Source: a virus
Lineage: Duplodnaviria > Caudoviricetes
Virus record (IMG/VR): IMGVR_UViG_3300036825_000149
Span: 1 to 50,323 of that record
Reading direction: 5' to 3' (one strand)
DNA: 50,323 bases
Below are positions 18,933 through 27,720 of this stretch, in pieces. The position numbers and the translations under genes were made by a program. How positions within the stretch are numbered: position 1 is the first letter of the stretch; each line of letters begins with the position of its first letter. The notes under the pieces were generated by a model. It made no database searches. It was given only the letters and a program-made list of their open reading frames with translations, and was not told the origin of the DNA.

Positions 18933-19871
18933 TCAGGCTACCGTTTCGGTAACTTCACAGGTTGCGGTTTTGCCTCCATCTACCGTTGTGCAGGTGATAA
19001 TCGTTGTACCGCCCACGCCAGCCATCGCCGTCACGAGCCCATCGGCGCTAACTTTGGCGACTTCTTCATTCGAACTGGACCAGGTGACCTGTTTATTTAT
19101 GGCATCTGCCGGAGTGACTTCAGCGACCAGCTGAGCTGTTTCGCCAGCATCCAGATCCAGCTTAGTCTCGCTGAGAGTAACCCCCGTGACCTGTACTGCA
19201 GGGGTAGTCACGTTATCGGTTTTGTAGAACGTCATAGCCGGAGACTGAAGGTTGAGAACTGCGGTTACTGTTTCAACTGAGTTTACGGCTGTCTGCGGGA
19301 TATCGTTGAAAGAAGCTGTCGCCGCCCAGTAGCGGTTTTCTTTCGCTTTTGGCACGTACATGTACGCCGCCACCGTTTCTTCATCCTCATCAAGCTGGCG
19401 CAGCAGCGGGTAAACCGGAAGCGATGAATCATGCGCAATGGTGTAGGTCTGCGAGCTGGCTGATTTGTAGGTGTTAAGGTTGCGCTGGCGGTCATCAGAC
19501 AAAAACTGGATCTGTGTGGTGTTCTGCTCGCCACCCGCGTTCGCCACCTCGGTGATCTGAGGGATTTCGGTCCATTCGGTGACCTTACGCAGAGTACCGC
19601 TTCCACCACCAGCAGGAAATTTTCCGGTGTTGGTGGTGTTAATGTTGCGAAGGGTTACCGCCGAACCTGCAACGGCATCAACCAGCGCGACGACGTTATC
19701 AATTCCGGTCCAGTCACAATTGACGTGAACAACTTCGCCAGAAGCAAAGCCGCCCCCTGATTCAACCGTGACAACGGTATGTTCGGCATTAGTCGCCCCT
19801 GTAAATGGAACCGCAGGATCATAGCCCGACGCCAGATAGACGTGCGAGCCGTTAGGCAATGCAAAGCCCAT
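18933..19871 (-). CDS. Major tail tube protein with C-terminal Ig-like (Big_2) domain
   Basis: MGFALPNG tube family start; C-terminal VTGVTL...VTWSSSNEEVAKVSADGLVTA...TVDGGKTATCEV. Confidence 0.92.
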   Translation of the reverse strand: MGFALPNGSHVYLASGYDPAVPFTGATNAEHTVVTVESGGGFASGEVVHVNCDWTGIDNVVALVDAVAGSAVTLRNINTTNTGKFPAGGGSGTLRKVTEWTEIPQITEVANAGGEQNTTQIQFLSDDRQRNLNTYKSASSQTYTIAHDSSLPVYPLLRQLDEDEETVAAYMYVPKAKENRYWAATASFNDIPQTAVNSVETVTAVLNLQSPAMTFYKTDNVTTPAVQVTGVTLSETKLDLDAGETAQLVAEVTPADAINKQVTWSSSNEEVAKVSADGLVTAMAGVGGTTIITCTTVDGGKTATCEVTETVA

Positions 19872-19914
19872 AGAGATATCTCCACTGGAATAAAGTTAGG
19901 GTGTGCAGCAGAAA

Positions 19915-20331
19915 TCAGACTGTGGTTTCTGCGCGGTAAGTCAGGCTGACCGGAACAGTCCAGTTCACGCCGTTATTGATGCCACGATGAATGGCGGGAA
20001 TTGAAAAAACCCAGCAGGTAAAACCTTCGCCGACAAGGACAAGGTTTTGATGAAAAAGCGCGGTAATTTTTTGGGCCGTCTGCGCGGCAAGCGTTCGTCC
20101 CGTTGCTGTTCTGGCAATAACGTTAACCTGATACACGCCAGGATAAACCTGACAGCTTCCAGCCAGGTCTATACTGTATGGCGTGGCCGGCAGGTCATGA
20201 GACTGAAGATACACGCCCTTTTCAGGCGGCGTGAATTCAACGTTATCCCAGGAAACAGGAATACCATGCTCATCGGCCCATAACCCCAGGTGCTTATCCA
20301 GCAACGCAGCAATGTCAGGCTGTATATTCAT
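19915..20331 (-). CDS. Tail terminator-like protein
   Basis: WDNVEFTPP, GVYQVNV, VPVSLTYRA; directly upstream of tail tube. Confidence 0.8.
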   Translation of the reverse strand: MNIQPDIAALLDKHLGLWADEHGIPVSWDNVEFTPPEKGVYLQSHDLPATPYSIDLAGSCQVYPGVYQVNVIARTATGRTLAAQTAQKITALFHQNLVLVGEGFTCWVFSIPAIHRGINNGVNWTVPVSLTYRAETTV

Positions 20332-20912
20332 TAGCTGACCTCCTTCACCGCCTCTTCAAAGAATCGCGCCGCTTCTGCGGCAGTGATGCGCACCATCCCG
20401 CCAGGAGCCTGAGAGGAATGCCCCATTTCAAGCGGATAAGCGTACGGGACGTTATTGCAAAAAAAGACCTCCTTCATACCCACGCGAAATTGTGACAGAA
20501 CAAGATTTCCGGCACGCAGTGTTTCTCCACCACTTTTATCGATGCGTCCTGTCTCTTCCGTTGTCCGTTCATCGAAAGAAACCTGCCAGTTACCCCTAAA
20601 CCGCCCGCCCGTATAACCCGCAGGTGACCTAATAGCCATGCTGTCATGAATCTTACGGCCTCGCTTCAGGCGACCGTTTCGGGTCAGGTTGTCAGGGTCA
20701 TTACGCAGCTGATCGTTGTACTCGGTAACAGCGTTGTTGTACTGCACCGCCGTCTGGTTAACTTCCCACAGTTCGGGGTTACCAACAGGAGACATTTCGA
20801 CGAGACGCGCAAGGATGCGTATACAGCCAGCCCTGACAACCTGCTCCTGATTGGACTTTGCTTTTGCCACGAATGCATCGATGGAGGCCATGAAATCATC
20901 GTTTCCAGCCAT
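20331..20912 (-). CDS. Neck / tail-completion protein (HK97 gp10-like)
   Basis: GRFRGNWQVS, NNVPYAYPLEMGHSSQAPGGMVR; synteny. Confidence 0.82.
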   Translation of the reverse strand: MAGNDDFMASIDAFVAKAKSNQEQVVRAGCIRILARLVEMSPVGNPELWEVNQTAVQYNNAVTEYNDQLRNDPDNLTRNGRLKRGRKIHDSMAIRSPAGYTGGRFRGNWQVSFDERTTEETGRIDKSGGETLRAGNLVLSQFRVGMKEVFFCNNVPYAYPLEMGHSSQAPGGMVRITAAEAARFFEEAVKEVS

Positions 20913-20913
20913 G

Positions 20914-21264
20914 CTATGCCCTCAGCTGTGACTTATAGCAAATCACCAGTGAAGCGGGCTTAACCGGATTAGGTTTGATAACCCTGTGTTGTTTGCCGTC
21001 TACGTGAACCAGATCGCCAATTTCGATAATTTTTTCTGACGTGAAAACAATTTTCACATCACCGCGCTGGATGTTGTTTCCGTCAATCTCGTCAGGGGCA
21101 TATTCGGTTCTTACGCCCCATGCGGTAAACGTCACGTCTTCAGTCTGATGTTCAACGCCACCGATGACCGAAACAGTGCCTTTACGCGTTACCGGATATT
21201 CCGCGCCGTTCTGACGCAGCAGCCTGTCAGAGCGTTGCTGCATACGCTGATAATTAATCGGCAT
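20914..21264 (-). CDS. Head closure / head-tail joining protein
   Basis: EIDGNNIQRGDVKI motif; position between connector and neck genes. Confidence 0.78.
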   Translation of the reverse strand: MPINYQRMQQRSDRLLRQNGAEYPVTRKGTVSVIGGVEHQTEDVTFTAWGVRTEYAPDEIDGNNIQRGDVKIVFTSEKIIEIGDLVHVDGKQHRVIKPNPVKPASLVICYKSQLRA

Positions 21265-21746
21265 TATCCACGCTCCGAGAATGTGTTAATGGCAAACCCA
21301 CGCCCGCCCATAAACGCCGCAAGAAGCGCGTCAACGGCTGGATAAGACGGAACGAAGGCCTCACCATCAGCCACGGCGTAAGTCATCGTCACAGCCCCTT
21401 CCACGCGCTCAGTTTTCACCGCTGCCTCACGTGTGGAACCGTGTAAATCACCGTCAACCGCTTCAACCGCCAGCATGCACTGGGCGGTAATAACCTGACG
21501 GGGGATCTGATCTGACGGGAAAGGATGACCGTCAAATTCGATATCGAGACGGGGCCAGCATAGCGGCTGTGACGGACTGGCGCGGATGCCGTACCAGCTC
21601 AGGCCTTCCAGATAATCCATTGCCTTGAGGAGTATCGCGAGAAGGTTTTTCGGCAGTTCCATATCACGCTCAGTGGCGTATTTCTTTAAATCGGCTTCAC
21701 TGGCGTAGCTGTTGAAATCAGGAGAGGTGATATTGGTATCAATCAT
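21264..21746 (-). CDS. Head-tail connector (adaptor) protein
   Basis: NSYAS...AMDYLE...QPLCWPR...AQCMLA; first gene after the capsid. Confidence 0.8.
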   Translation of the reverse strand: MIDTNITSPDFNSYASEADLKKYATERDMELPKNLLAILLKAMDYLEGLSWYGIRASPSQPLCWPRLDIEFDGHPFPSDQIPRQVITAQCMLAVEAVDGDLHGSTREAAVKTERVEGAVTMTYAVADGEAFVPSYPAVDALLAAFMGGRGFAINTFSERG

Positions 21747-21763
21747 GTCTCACCAAAAATTTA

Positions 21764-21781
21764 AGGGGGGCAAGCCCCCTG
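21764..21781 (-). terminator. Hairpin after capsid Ig extension
   Basis: AGGGGG-GCAAG-CCCCCT inverted repeat immediately after the extension stop codon. Confidence 0.55.
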
Positions 21782-21785
21782 TTGA

Positions 21786-22070
21786 TTACACACCTGCAGG
21801 TGCAAAGGTGATTTTTTCCGACGTGACGCCCACGCCACCAACCGTGGCGGTCACGGTAAATTCACCAGCCTCTTCTGAGGTCAGTTTTACAGTTGAGCCA
21901 CCAGCAGAACCCGTCGAAGTTGATTCCGAACTGAGCACCCCGCCAGACGTCGCCCACGAGATAGCCGCACCCGATACGGGAGCATCATCTTTGGTGACTT
22001 TGACGGAGAAGGTTACAGAGTCTGTACCGTCAGCGGTGACGGAAGTTTTATCCGCTGACAGGTTTACTTT
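21786..22070 (-). CDS. Ig-like (Big_1) domain, predicted -1 frameshift C-terminal extension of the major capsid protein (not in ORF track)
   Basis: Frame without an early start codon: KVNLSADKTSVTADGTDSVTFSVKVTKDDAPVSGAAISWATSGGVLSSESTSTGSAGGSTVKLTSEEAGEFTVTATVGGVGVTSEKITFAPAGV*, overlapping the capsid stop in the -1 frame. Confidence 0.85.
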   Translation of the reverse strand, partial: KVNLSADKTSVTADGTDSVTFSVKVTKDDAPVSGAAISWATSGGVLSSESTSTGSAGGSTVKLTSEEAGEFTVTATVGGVGVTSEKITFAPAGV

Positions 22071-23035
22071 ACGGGCTGGCTTGCAGGTTCGGTGCCTGTG
22101 AGCTTAATCAGCACGCCTGCGGTAGATTTATTTGAAGTGAAATGTTTTTTCCAGTTCCCTTCTGTGCCGATTTTTTCCAGGCTCGGGTTTTTATCCCCTT
22201 TCGATTCATCCCAGCTGTAGCCGAGAAGTTCAACATTCACCGTACCTTCTGCGCGGAAGCCTACTGCAAGGTTTTCCTGATCGTTGATGTCGTAGGAACG
22301 GAACCCCGGAACCTGTGACTCGGTGACATACACCGCGCCCTGAACCAGACCCAGAATGGCATCAACATCCATTGAGTCAGTGACGAGAACCGGCTTACCC
22401 AGCGTGCCAGGCTGACCGCCGTACACAACCACACCCGCTTCTTCGTGGATTTTGTTGGCGATAGCCTCATCCACGATGTCGAAATAGGTAGCGGAGTGCA
22501 TGACGAACAGCGCGACGCGGTTGAATTTGTCGCCGTACTTACGCAGCCCACGGGTAAGGGTACGCTTACCGTCGGTTTCGATATCGGCGGTGACCACCAT
22601 GTCCGTGTTGGCACCAATAGCAGCAGTAAGCGCTTTCAGCCCGTATTTCACGTAGCCTTCAAGCGCAGCGTCTGCCACGTCAACGCCAACCACTTCAGAG
22701 AACTCGTCTACACTGCGACCGCGGCGTTTAAACGCTTCTTCAGTGGTGTGGTACGGGCCATATTTCCACGGCGCTTTTACCGATACTGCTTCGCCAGCAC
22801 CGATTTTTTTGCCTTCTACCGTTTCGGTTGAGTTAACGTTGCGGGTTTCGATGCTGCCGCCGACTTTGTAGAACGCACGTTTACGGAAATCACCCTCGAT
22901 CAGTTCGTTGTCCAGAACGATGGCACCGTTTGAGGCATCGTTAAATACCTGCAAATTATCCTGGCGACGCTCAAGGAAAGCGGTCTGCGCCAGGTCGTTA
23001 TAAATAATCAGGTCAGAGTTTACAGTTGTGGTCAT
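22064..23035 (-). CDS. Major capsid protein
   Basis: 323 aa after scaffold; FVMHSATYFD, GTLGKPVLVTD, KSTAGVLI; HK97-fold family features. Confidence 0.92.
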   Translation of the reverse strand: MTTTVNSDLIIYNDLAQTAFLERRQDNLQVFNDASNGAIVLDNELIEGDFRKRAFYKVGGSIETRNVNSTETVEGKKIGAGEAVSVKAPWKYGPYHTTEEAFKRRGRSVDEFSEVVGVDVADAALEGYVKYGLKALTAAIGANTDMVVTADIETDGKRTLTRGLRKYGDKFNRVALFVMHSATYFDIVDEAIANKIHEEAGVVVYGGQPGTLGKPVLVTDSMDVDAILGLVQGAVYVTESQVPGFRSYDINDQENLAVGFRAEGTVNVELLGYSWDESKGDKNPSLEKIGTEGNWKKHFTSNKSTAGVLIKLTGTEPASQPVK

Positions 23036-23047
23036 AGAGAAAATCCT

Positions 23048-23827
23048 TTATTTCGGGAGTTTGAGAAAAGCCTGCTGGCCATGCTTGCGGATATAGTCAG
23101 TTTTTTCCTGAGACGACATTTCTGAGCGTTTCAGGTTTCCACCACCTCCACCCTGTTTATGTCCACCGCCCCCTGTGCCTTCAGCAGCGGGAAAGAGGTG
23201 CGGCGCGGTATCTTTGAGTGACTCAGCCCATTCAATCGGGCTTAGCGGCGTTTTACCGTCCTTGCCGAGAATGGCATTGCCATCAGAATCAACGGCGACA
23301 GCTTCGCCCTCGTCGTTAACCTTAAATGTGCTACGGGCGCGGAGGATCAAATCATCTGACGCGGTAGGCAGCGCACCGGCCTTCAGCCCAGCTTCACGGA
23401 TTGCATCAGCCAGAACGCGGTCGCGGAACTTGTTGGCAAAGCCTTCTGCTTTTTCCGCACGCTCTACGGCCGCTTTGATTTGCTTATCGCTGTCAGCGCG
23501 AAAACGCTCAGTGCGTTTTTCCAGAACCTGGTCAATTTTCCCTTCGGCGATCAGCTTCGCTTCTTCGTCGTCAGAAAAACGCTGGAGGATGGTTTTCACC
23601 GCATCCGGGTCAATACCGTCAAAGCGGGCCAGGCTATCTTTTTGTTCCCGGATAGTGCCGAGAAGCTCGTGGTTTTTGTTTTTTAATCCTGCTGTTTCCT
23701 GAGCAATACGCTCGTCGATCAGTTGCTGGATTTCTGGCGTGATCTCGACTTTGTAACCACCGCCACCATTGCCGCCACCGCCATTCTCAGGAGCGTAATA
23801 TTTCAGAAGCATATTTCGGATTAACAT
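23048..23827 (-). CDS. Capsid scaffolding protein
   Basis: Coiled-coil (GLKNKNHELL), APHLFP, Gly linker and C-terminal YIRKHGQQAFLKLPK; precedes capsid gene. Confidence 0.85.
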   Translation of the reverse strand: MLIRNMLLKYYAPENGGGGNGGGGYKVEITPEIQQLIDERIAQETAGLKNKNHELLGTIREQKDSLARFDGIDPDAVKTILQRFSDDEEAKLIAEGKIDQVLEKRTERFRADSDKQIKAAVERAEKAEGFANKFRDRVLADAIREAGLKAGALPTASDDLILRARSTFKVNDEGEAVAVDSDGNAILGKDGKTPLSPIEWAESLKDTAPHLFPAAEGTGGGGHKQGGGGGNLKRSEMSSQEKTDYIRKHGQQAFLKLPK

Positions 23828-23892
23828 AAATTCCCCTCGGGATTATTCAGGGCTTCGCCCAATAAAAAAGGCCGCATAAGCGACCTGATGAT

Positions 23893-25005
23893 TTACAGCC
23901 CTGCGGCTTCGAAAGCCTTACTGTCATATTCGCGGAGCTGTTCAAGCGTGAGCCATTCCCCTTTGTCGGTGTAGAACTCATCAGGACGCATACCGCCGTC
24001 ACGTATGAGCCTGGCGCGGGTTTCACCCAGCACCTGAACCTGTCGGGTAAATGACTGACTGAGTAACCAGTCGTTGTAGGTAATGCCGGCCGGTACTTGT
24101 CCGTCCATACTGGCGCGGGTTCCTGCGTCCATTTCATCGGCATCAATCCCAAGCTGGCGCCATGATTTCACCACCAGCGTTTCGGTTGAGCGGCAACAAA
24201 AATGAATCCGGCCTGGCCCCTGCAAATAAGGCACCTTGTGCCCTATCGGTTTATTTTCCAGCGTGTACTTTCTGCGGTCGCGGATCATGCAGAGGGGCGT
24301 GGTTTTATTATCGAGCGTTGAAAGCCACTGCTTACACTCGATAACGTCACTGTTCGCTTTTGCGAAGCTGTGTCGCGCCGTTGCTGCGAGATGGTTGACC
24401 GCTGATTTTACGATGCTGGTGGCGTTTGCCCTGCTCATCTGCAGCGCACCGTCTTTATAGCCCTTGTTAACGTGGCCTCTCACCCTTCGGGCGATGGCCT
24501 CAGTCGTTTCCCCCTGTAGATAACCATGACGAACAGCATTGACGATGCGGGTCATCCTGTCGGTTTCCAGACCCTCGGCCCACTCCGACAATAACCGCCC
24601 CTGAAAAGGCTGTGACATGGTGGCGGCATAAACCATATCAGCCGTGATGCCCTGCAGCGGGTAACGCTTCAGAACGATATCCGGCAAGAGGGAATTGAAC
24701 AGGCTGATTTGATAGCCCGCCTCATAACCTGCCAGCGCATGCAGCTCACCCGACATTGCAGAAAACATGGAATCAATCGCCTGACGGTTGAGCGAACGAA
24801 CATCCCCCAGAAGCGATTCAAGCCGCCTCACGGTGAAACTTTCAGGGGAAAGGTTTTCCAGCGCCACAATCAGTTTTGCACTGATATCTGCGTCACTGGC
24901 GTTGAGGATTTTCAGCATCCGGTTTGCTATTCCGGTGCCGAAGCGATTTATACCGATTGCGTGTGAAATGGCCTCATCACGAAGCTGCTCGTTTACGGTG
25001 GCCAT
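23893..25005 (-). CDS. Minor head / head morphogenesis protein (SPP1 gp7 / Mu gpF-like)
   Basis: WLSTLDNKTTPLC and PGRIHFCCRST motifs; follows portal. Confidence 0.9.
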   Translation of the reverse strand: MATVNEQLRDEAISHAIGINRFGTGIANRMLKILNASDADISAKLIVALENLSPESFTVRRLESLLGDVRSLNRQAIDSMFSAMSGELHALAGYEAGYQISLFNSLLPDIVLKRYPLQGITADMVYAATMSQPFQGRLLSEWAEGLETDRMTRIVNAVRHGYLQGETTEAIARRVRGHVNKGYKDGALQMSRANATSIVKSAVNHLAATARHSFAKANSDVIECKQWLSTLDNKTTPLCMIRDRRKYTLENKPIGHKVPYLQGPGRIHFCCRSTETLVVKSWRQLGIDADEMDAGTRASMDGQVPAGITYNDWLLSQSFTRQVQVLGETRARLIRDGGMRPDEFYTDKGEWLTLEQLREYDSKAFEAAGL

Positions 25006-25006
25006 A

Positions 25007-26395
25007 TCACTTATCCAGCAATGTAGGGTTCGCGTTGCGCAGCGCGTCGATCACCTCGTCCACGCTGTCAGCCGGATCAATGATGTCCAGCTTTTGAAGC
25101 ACGCGCACCAGGTCACTGTCACGGATAGCGCCTGACTGCCAGGCACTGACCAGAACGGCCACCATCCCGGAATCTGCCACCCTAACGATAAACTCCTGGT
25201 TGATGGTGTAATCCGCTTTTTCATCCGTCACGCCGAGATATTTCGCGCACCAAGCCAATGCCTTGCTGAAAGCCTCTGACACGTTCGATACGCAAATACT
25301 CAGGACTGATGTTGCGGCAGACTGTTCACCGCTAGCCTGTGTTGCCGTCTTTGTGGCGCTGTTTTGCTCGATGAGCCTTGCTCCAAGCTGGACCATGTAA
25401 TCACGCTTACTGTCCATAGCCTCTTTTGCAAGCATGTTGGGTTGAGCCTGTGCATAACCAAAAACGCCGTTTTCGGGGAGCAAAAGAGGATTACGTGAAC
25501 CGACCTTAACGCCTGACTTCTGTAAAAAGTCTCGCCAGTCTTTATCAAGCCCAGACATATACGGCTGAACCTGACCGCAGAACCAGACACTGTCTTCGTA
25601 ATCTGCACTGTTCCGGTAGTGGCCCAGATTAATTTCTGCCAATGTGGCCAGCGGGGGATCGTCGATAGTCTCATCATTGTTTTGTGCACCGACAAACGTG
25701 AAAGGAATTTCATCCCAGAAATCCTTCCCTTTAGGCTTCGGGTTATACTCAGCATCAACCGTAAACACCCCGCCGCCATTTTCTGCTTTTGACCGCCAGA
25801 CGCGACAAACAAAACGGCCTTTAATTAGAGCCAACTCCCGATACTGTGTAAGCTCCCTGAATCCGTAGCCGTCCTTCTCTTCTATCACCTCACGCAGCAC
25901 CACCAGTACCAACTGGTTGCGCCCGTTAATGCGCTCAGTTCTCCAGTTGATAATGTTCTCCGGCGTGTATCGCAGAATGATGGCCTGATCGCTTTCTTTG
26001 GCGTAATCCACATAGAGACCGTGGCGGGCCGTTTCAAGAATGTCCTCCAGTACCAGTTGCGACAGCTGATAGATACTTACTCCGCCACCGTCCGAATTGG
26101 TTTTCAGGTATTCCAATTTTGCCGGAGCGGTCATCGTGGGATCTTTTCGGTAGGCCATGCCCAGCAGTCCGATTTTTGTATTGCCGGTAATGGGGTAAAA
26201 AACGGCCCTGTCACGGTAATCCTGATTTCGCTGTTTGGCTTTAGCTGAACGGTCGCCAGGATCAAGAAGGGGGAGATATTCCCCCCCTTTGCTTTTTATC
26301 GCTTCAGCACCTTTGCAGACATCGCGGATTTTTTTCCAAAGCGCACAGGCCGCTTTCTGCTCAGGCCTGACAAAAGTAATGTCGTTGTTTGCCAT
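25007..26395 (-). CDS. Portal protein
   Basis: 462 aa directly after terL; IPFTFVG, PPLATLAEINLGHYRNSADY. Confidence 0.88.
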   Translation of the reverse strand: MANNDITFVRPEQKAACALWKKIRDVCKGAEAIKSKGGEYLPLLDPGDRSAKAKQRNQDYRDRAVFYPITGNTKIGLLGMAYRKDPTMTAPAKLEYLKTNSDGGGVSIYQLSQLVLEDILETARHGLYVDYAKESDQAIILRYTPENIINWRTERINGRNQLVLVVLREVIEEKDGYGFRELTQYRELALIKGRFVCRVWRSKAENGGGVFTVDAEYNPKPKGKDFWDEIPFTFVGAQNNDETIDDPPLATLAEINLGHYRNSADYEDSVWFCGQVQPYMSGLDKDWRDFLQKSGVKVGSRNPLLLPENGVFGYAQAQPNMLAKEAMDSKRDYMVQLGARLIEQNSATKTATQASGEQSAATSVLSICVSNVSEAFSKALAWCAKYLGVTDEKADYTINQEFIVRVADSGMVAVLVSAWQSGAIRDSDLVRVLQKLDIIDPADSVDEVIDALRNANPTLLDK

Positions 26396-27720
26396 CAGAA
26401 TGTGGTTTCCAGTTCAATTTCGTAAACTTTCTCTTTGATTGGGAACAGGTACGCGATTGGATAGCCGCCCCCGTCATTGGCATGGTCAAATCCACCTTTT
26501 TTATCCGGTTCGCCCTGGTCGTTATAAATCTGACGCTCAAGGCATTGCGTGAACTTTGGACAGGTGCGCGTGTTAACCAGTAATCGGCGTTCGCCATAGG
26601 TATTACACAGCATGGCGTTTACAGCGTTAACGCGGTCCTTCACCGCAGGGTTGGCGTTATTCACGCACACGTCAAAACCTGCCTTCTCAAGCAAAGCGAT
26701 GTCTGAATTACTCGCATCGGAGGATTTTCGATTTTTCCCAGAGGCATCCGGATAAATTTTTATTTGATGGTTTTCACTGGAATATTTTTTCTGTATCGCC
26801 TCGATCATCGCTGGCGTGTCGAAAACATCCATGAATTCATCAACAGCACGCGGAAGACCGTCACGCATGATGTAAACCACCGCAGCCATATTTCCGACGT
26901 TGAAGTCCATCCCGATATGCAGAACGTCGCCACGCTTCGCTGTTTCGTCGGTGTGGTTATCGCGCCTGTCAAAGCAGTAATAAATAACGCCCTGATAGTT
27001 TTCAAAGGAGGCCAGATATTCCTGCCGGAAAGTGCGCGGATCCATTTTGCGCCTTGCGGCTTCCAGTTCTTCAGGCGGTACGTTTCCGCCGTCAACAGAA
27101 GTGTAAAGCCAGCTCTTATGGTCAGGCTCCCTTCCCTCCTGCCCTGCAAACCAGGTGTCGTAACAGTGGTTAAATCCTTTTGGCGTGCCGATACGGAGCG
27201 CGTGACCTCCGATGTATGTCACCCCATCGATGGTGTAACGACAGGTTGAGAGCATCGGGCGGAGAACTTCTTCCCATGCCTCATAAGGACAGTCGGCCCA
27301 TTCATCAATCAGAACGAAGAAAAGACCAGAACCGCGCAGGTCATCATAGTTATTCAGGCCCACGCACCGGAGGATATGACCGCTAACCAGCGTGATTGAT
27401 AGTTCAGTCTCGTTTGGCTTGGCCGCCCTCCAGTGTGGTGGGATGGATTGTTTAAGTCGCCGCCAGAAAACACGCTTTGCCTGTTTCTGCGTGGGTGCGC
27501 AGTACCAGATTTCATCCTCAATACTGACGTTCCACTTCATCGCGAGCCTTGCAGCTCTGCGCATCTCAGCTTTACCCAGGAACGTTTTACCGAAGCGACG
27601 GCCACAAACCGCGTCACGAAAACGCGCTGAACGTTGCCAGCCCCAGGCGAAGATATTTGCTTGTTTCGGTGTAAGTGTGACGGCCTGACTAGAGGATTGG
27701 ATTGTCAGGTGTTGGCTCAT
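26395..27720 (-). CDS. terL: Terminase large subunit
   Basis: Walker A GRRFGKT, Walker B VLIDEW, GTPKG, nuclease IGMDFN and DHANDG. Confidence 0.95.
   Translation of the reverse strand: MSQHLTIQSSSQAVTLTPKQANIFAWGWQRSARFRDAVCGRRFGKTFLGKAEMRRAARLAMKWNVSIEDEIWYCAPTQKQAKRVFWRRLKQSIPPHWRAAKPNETELSITLVSGHILRCVGLNNYDDLRGSGLFFVLIDEWADCPYEAWEEVLRPMLSTCRYTIDGVTYIGGHALRIGTPKGFNHCYDTWFAGQEGREPDHKSWLYTSVDGGNVPPEELEAARRKMDPRTFRQEYLASFENYQGVIYYCFDRRDNHTDETAKRGDVLHIGMDFNVGNMAAVVYIMRDGLPRAVDEFMDVFDTPAMIEAIQKKYSSENHQIKIYPDASGKNRKSSDASNSDIALLEKAGFDVCVNNANPAVKDRVNAVNAMLCNTYGERRLLVNTRTCPKFTQCLERQIYNDQGEPDKKGGFDHANDGGGYPIAYLFPIKEKVYEIELETTF

Noticed and set aside
21712-22101. 129-aa plus-strand ORF between connector and capsid genes
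   Set aside because: Antisense shadow of the minus-strand Ig-like frame; opposite to the operon and no convincing RBS.
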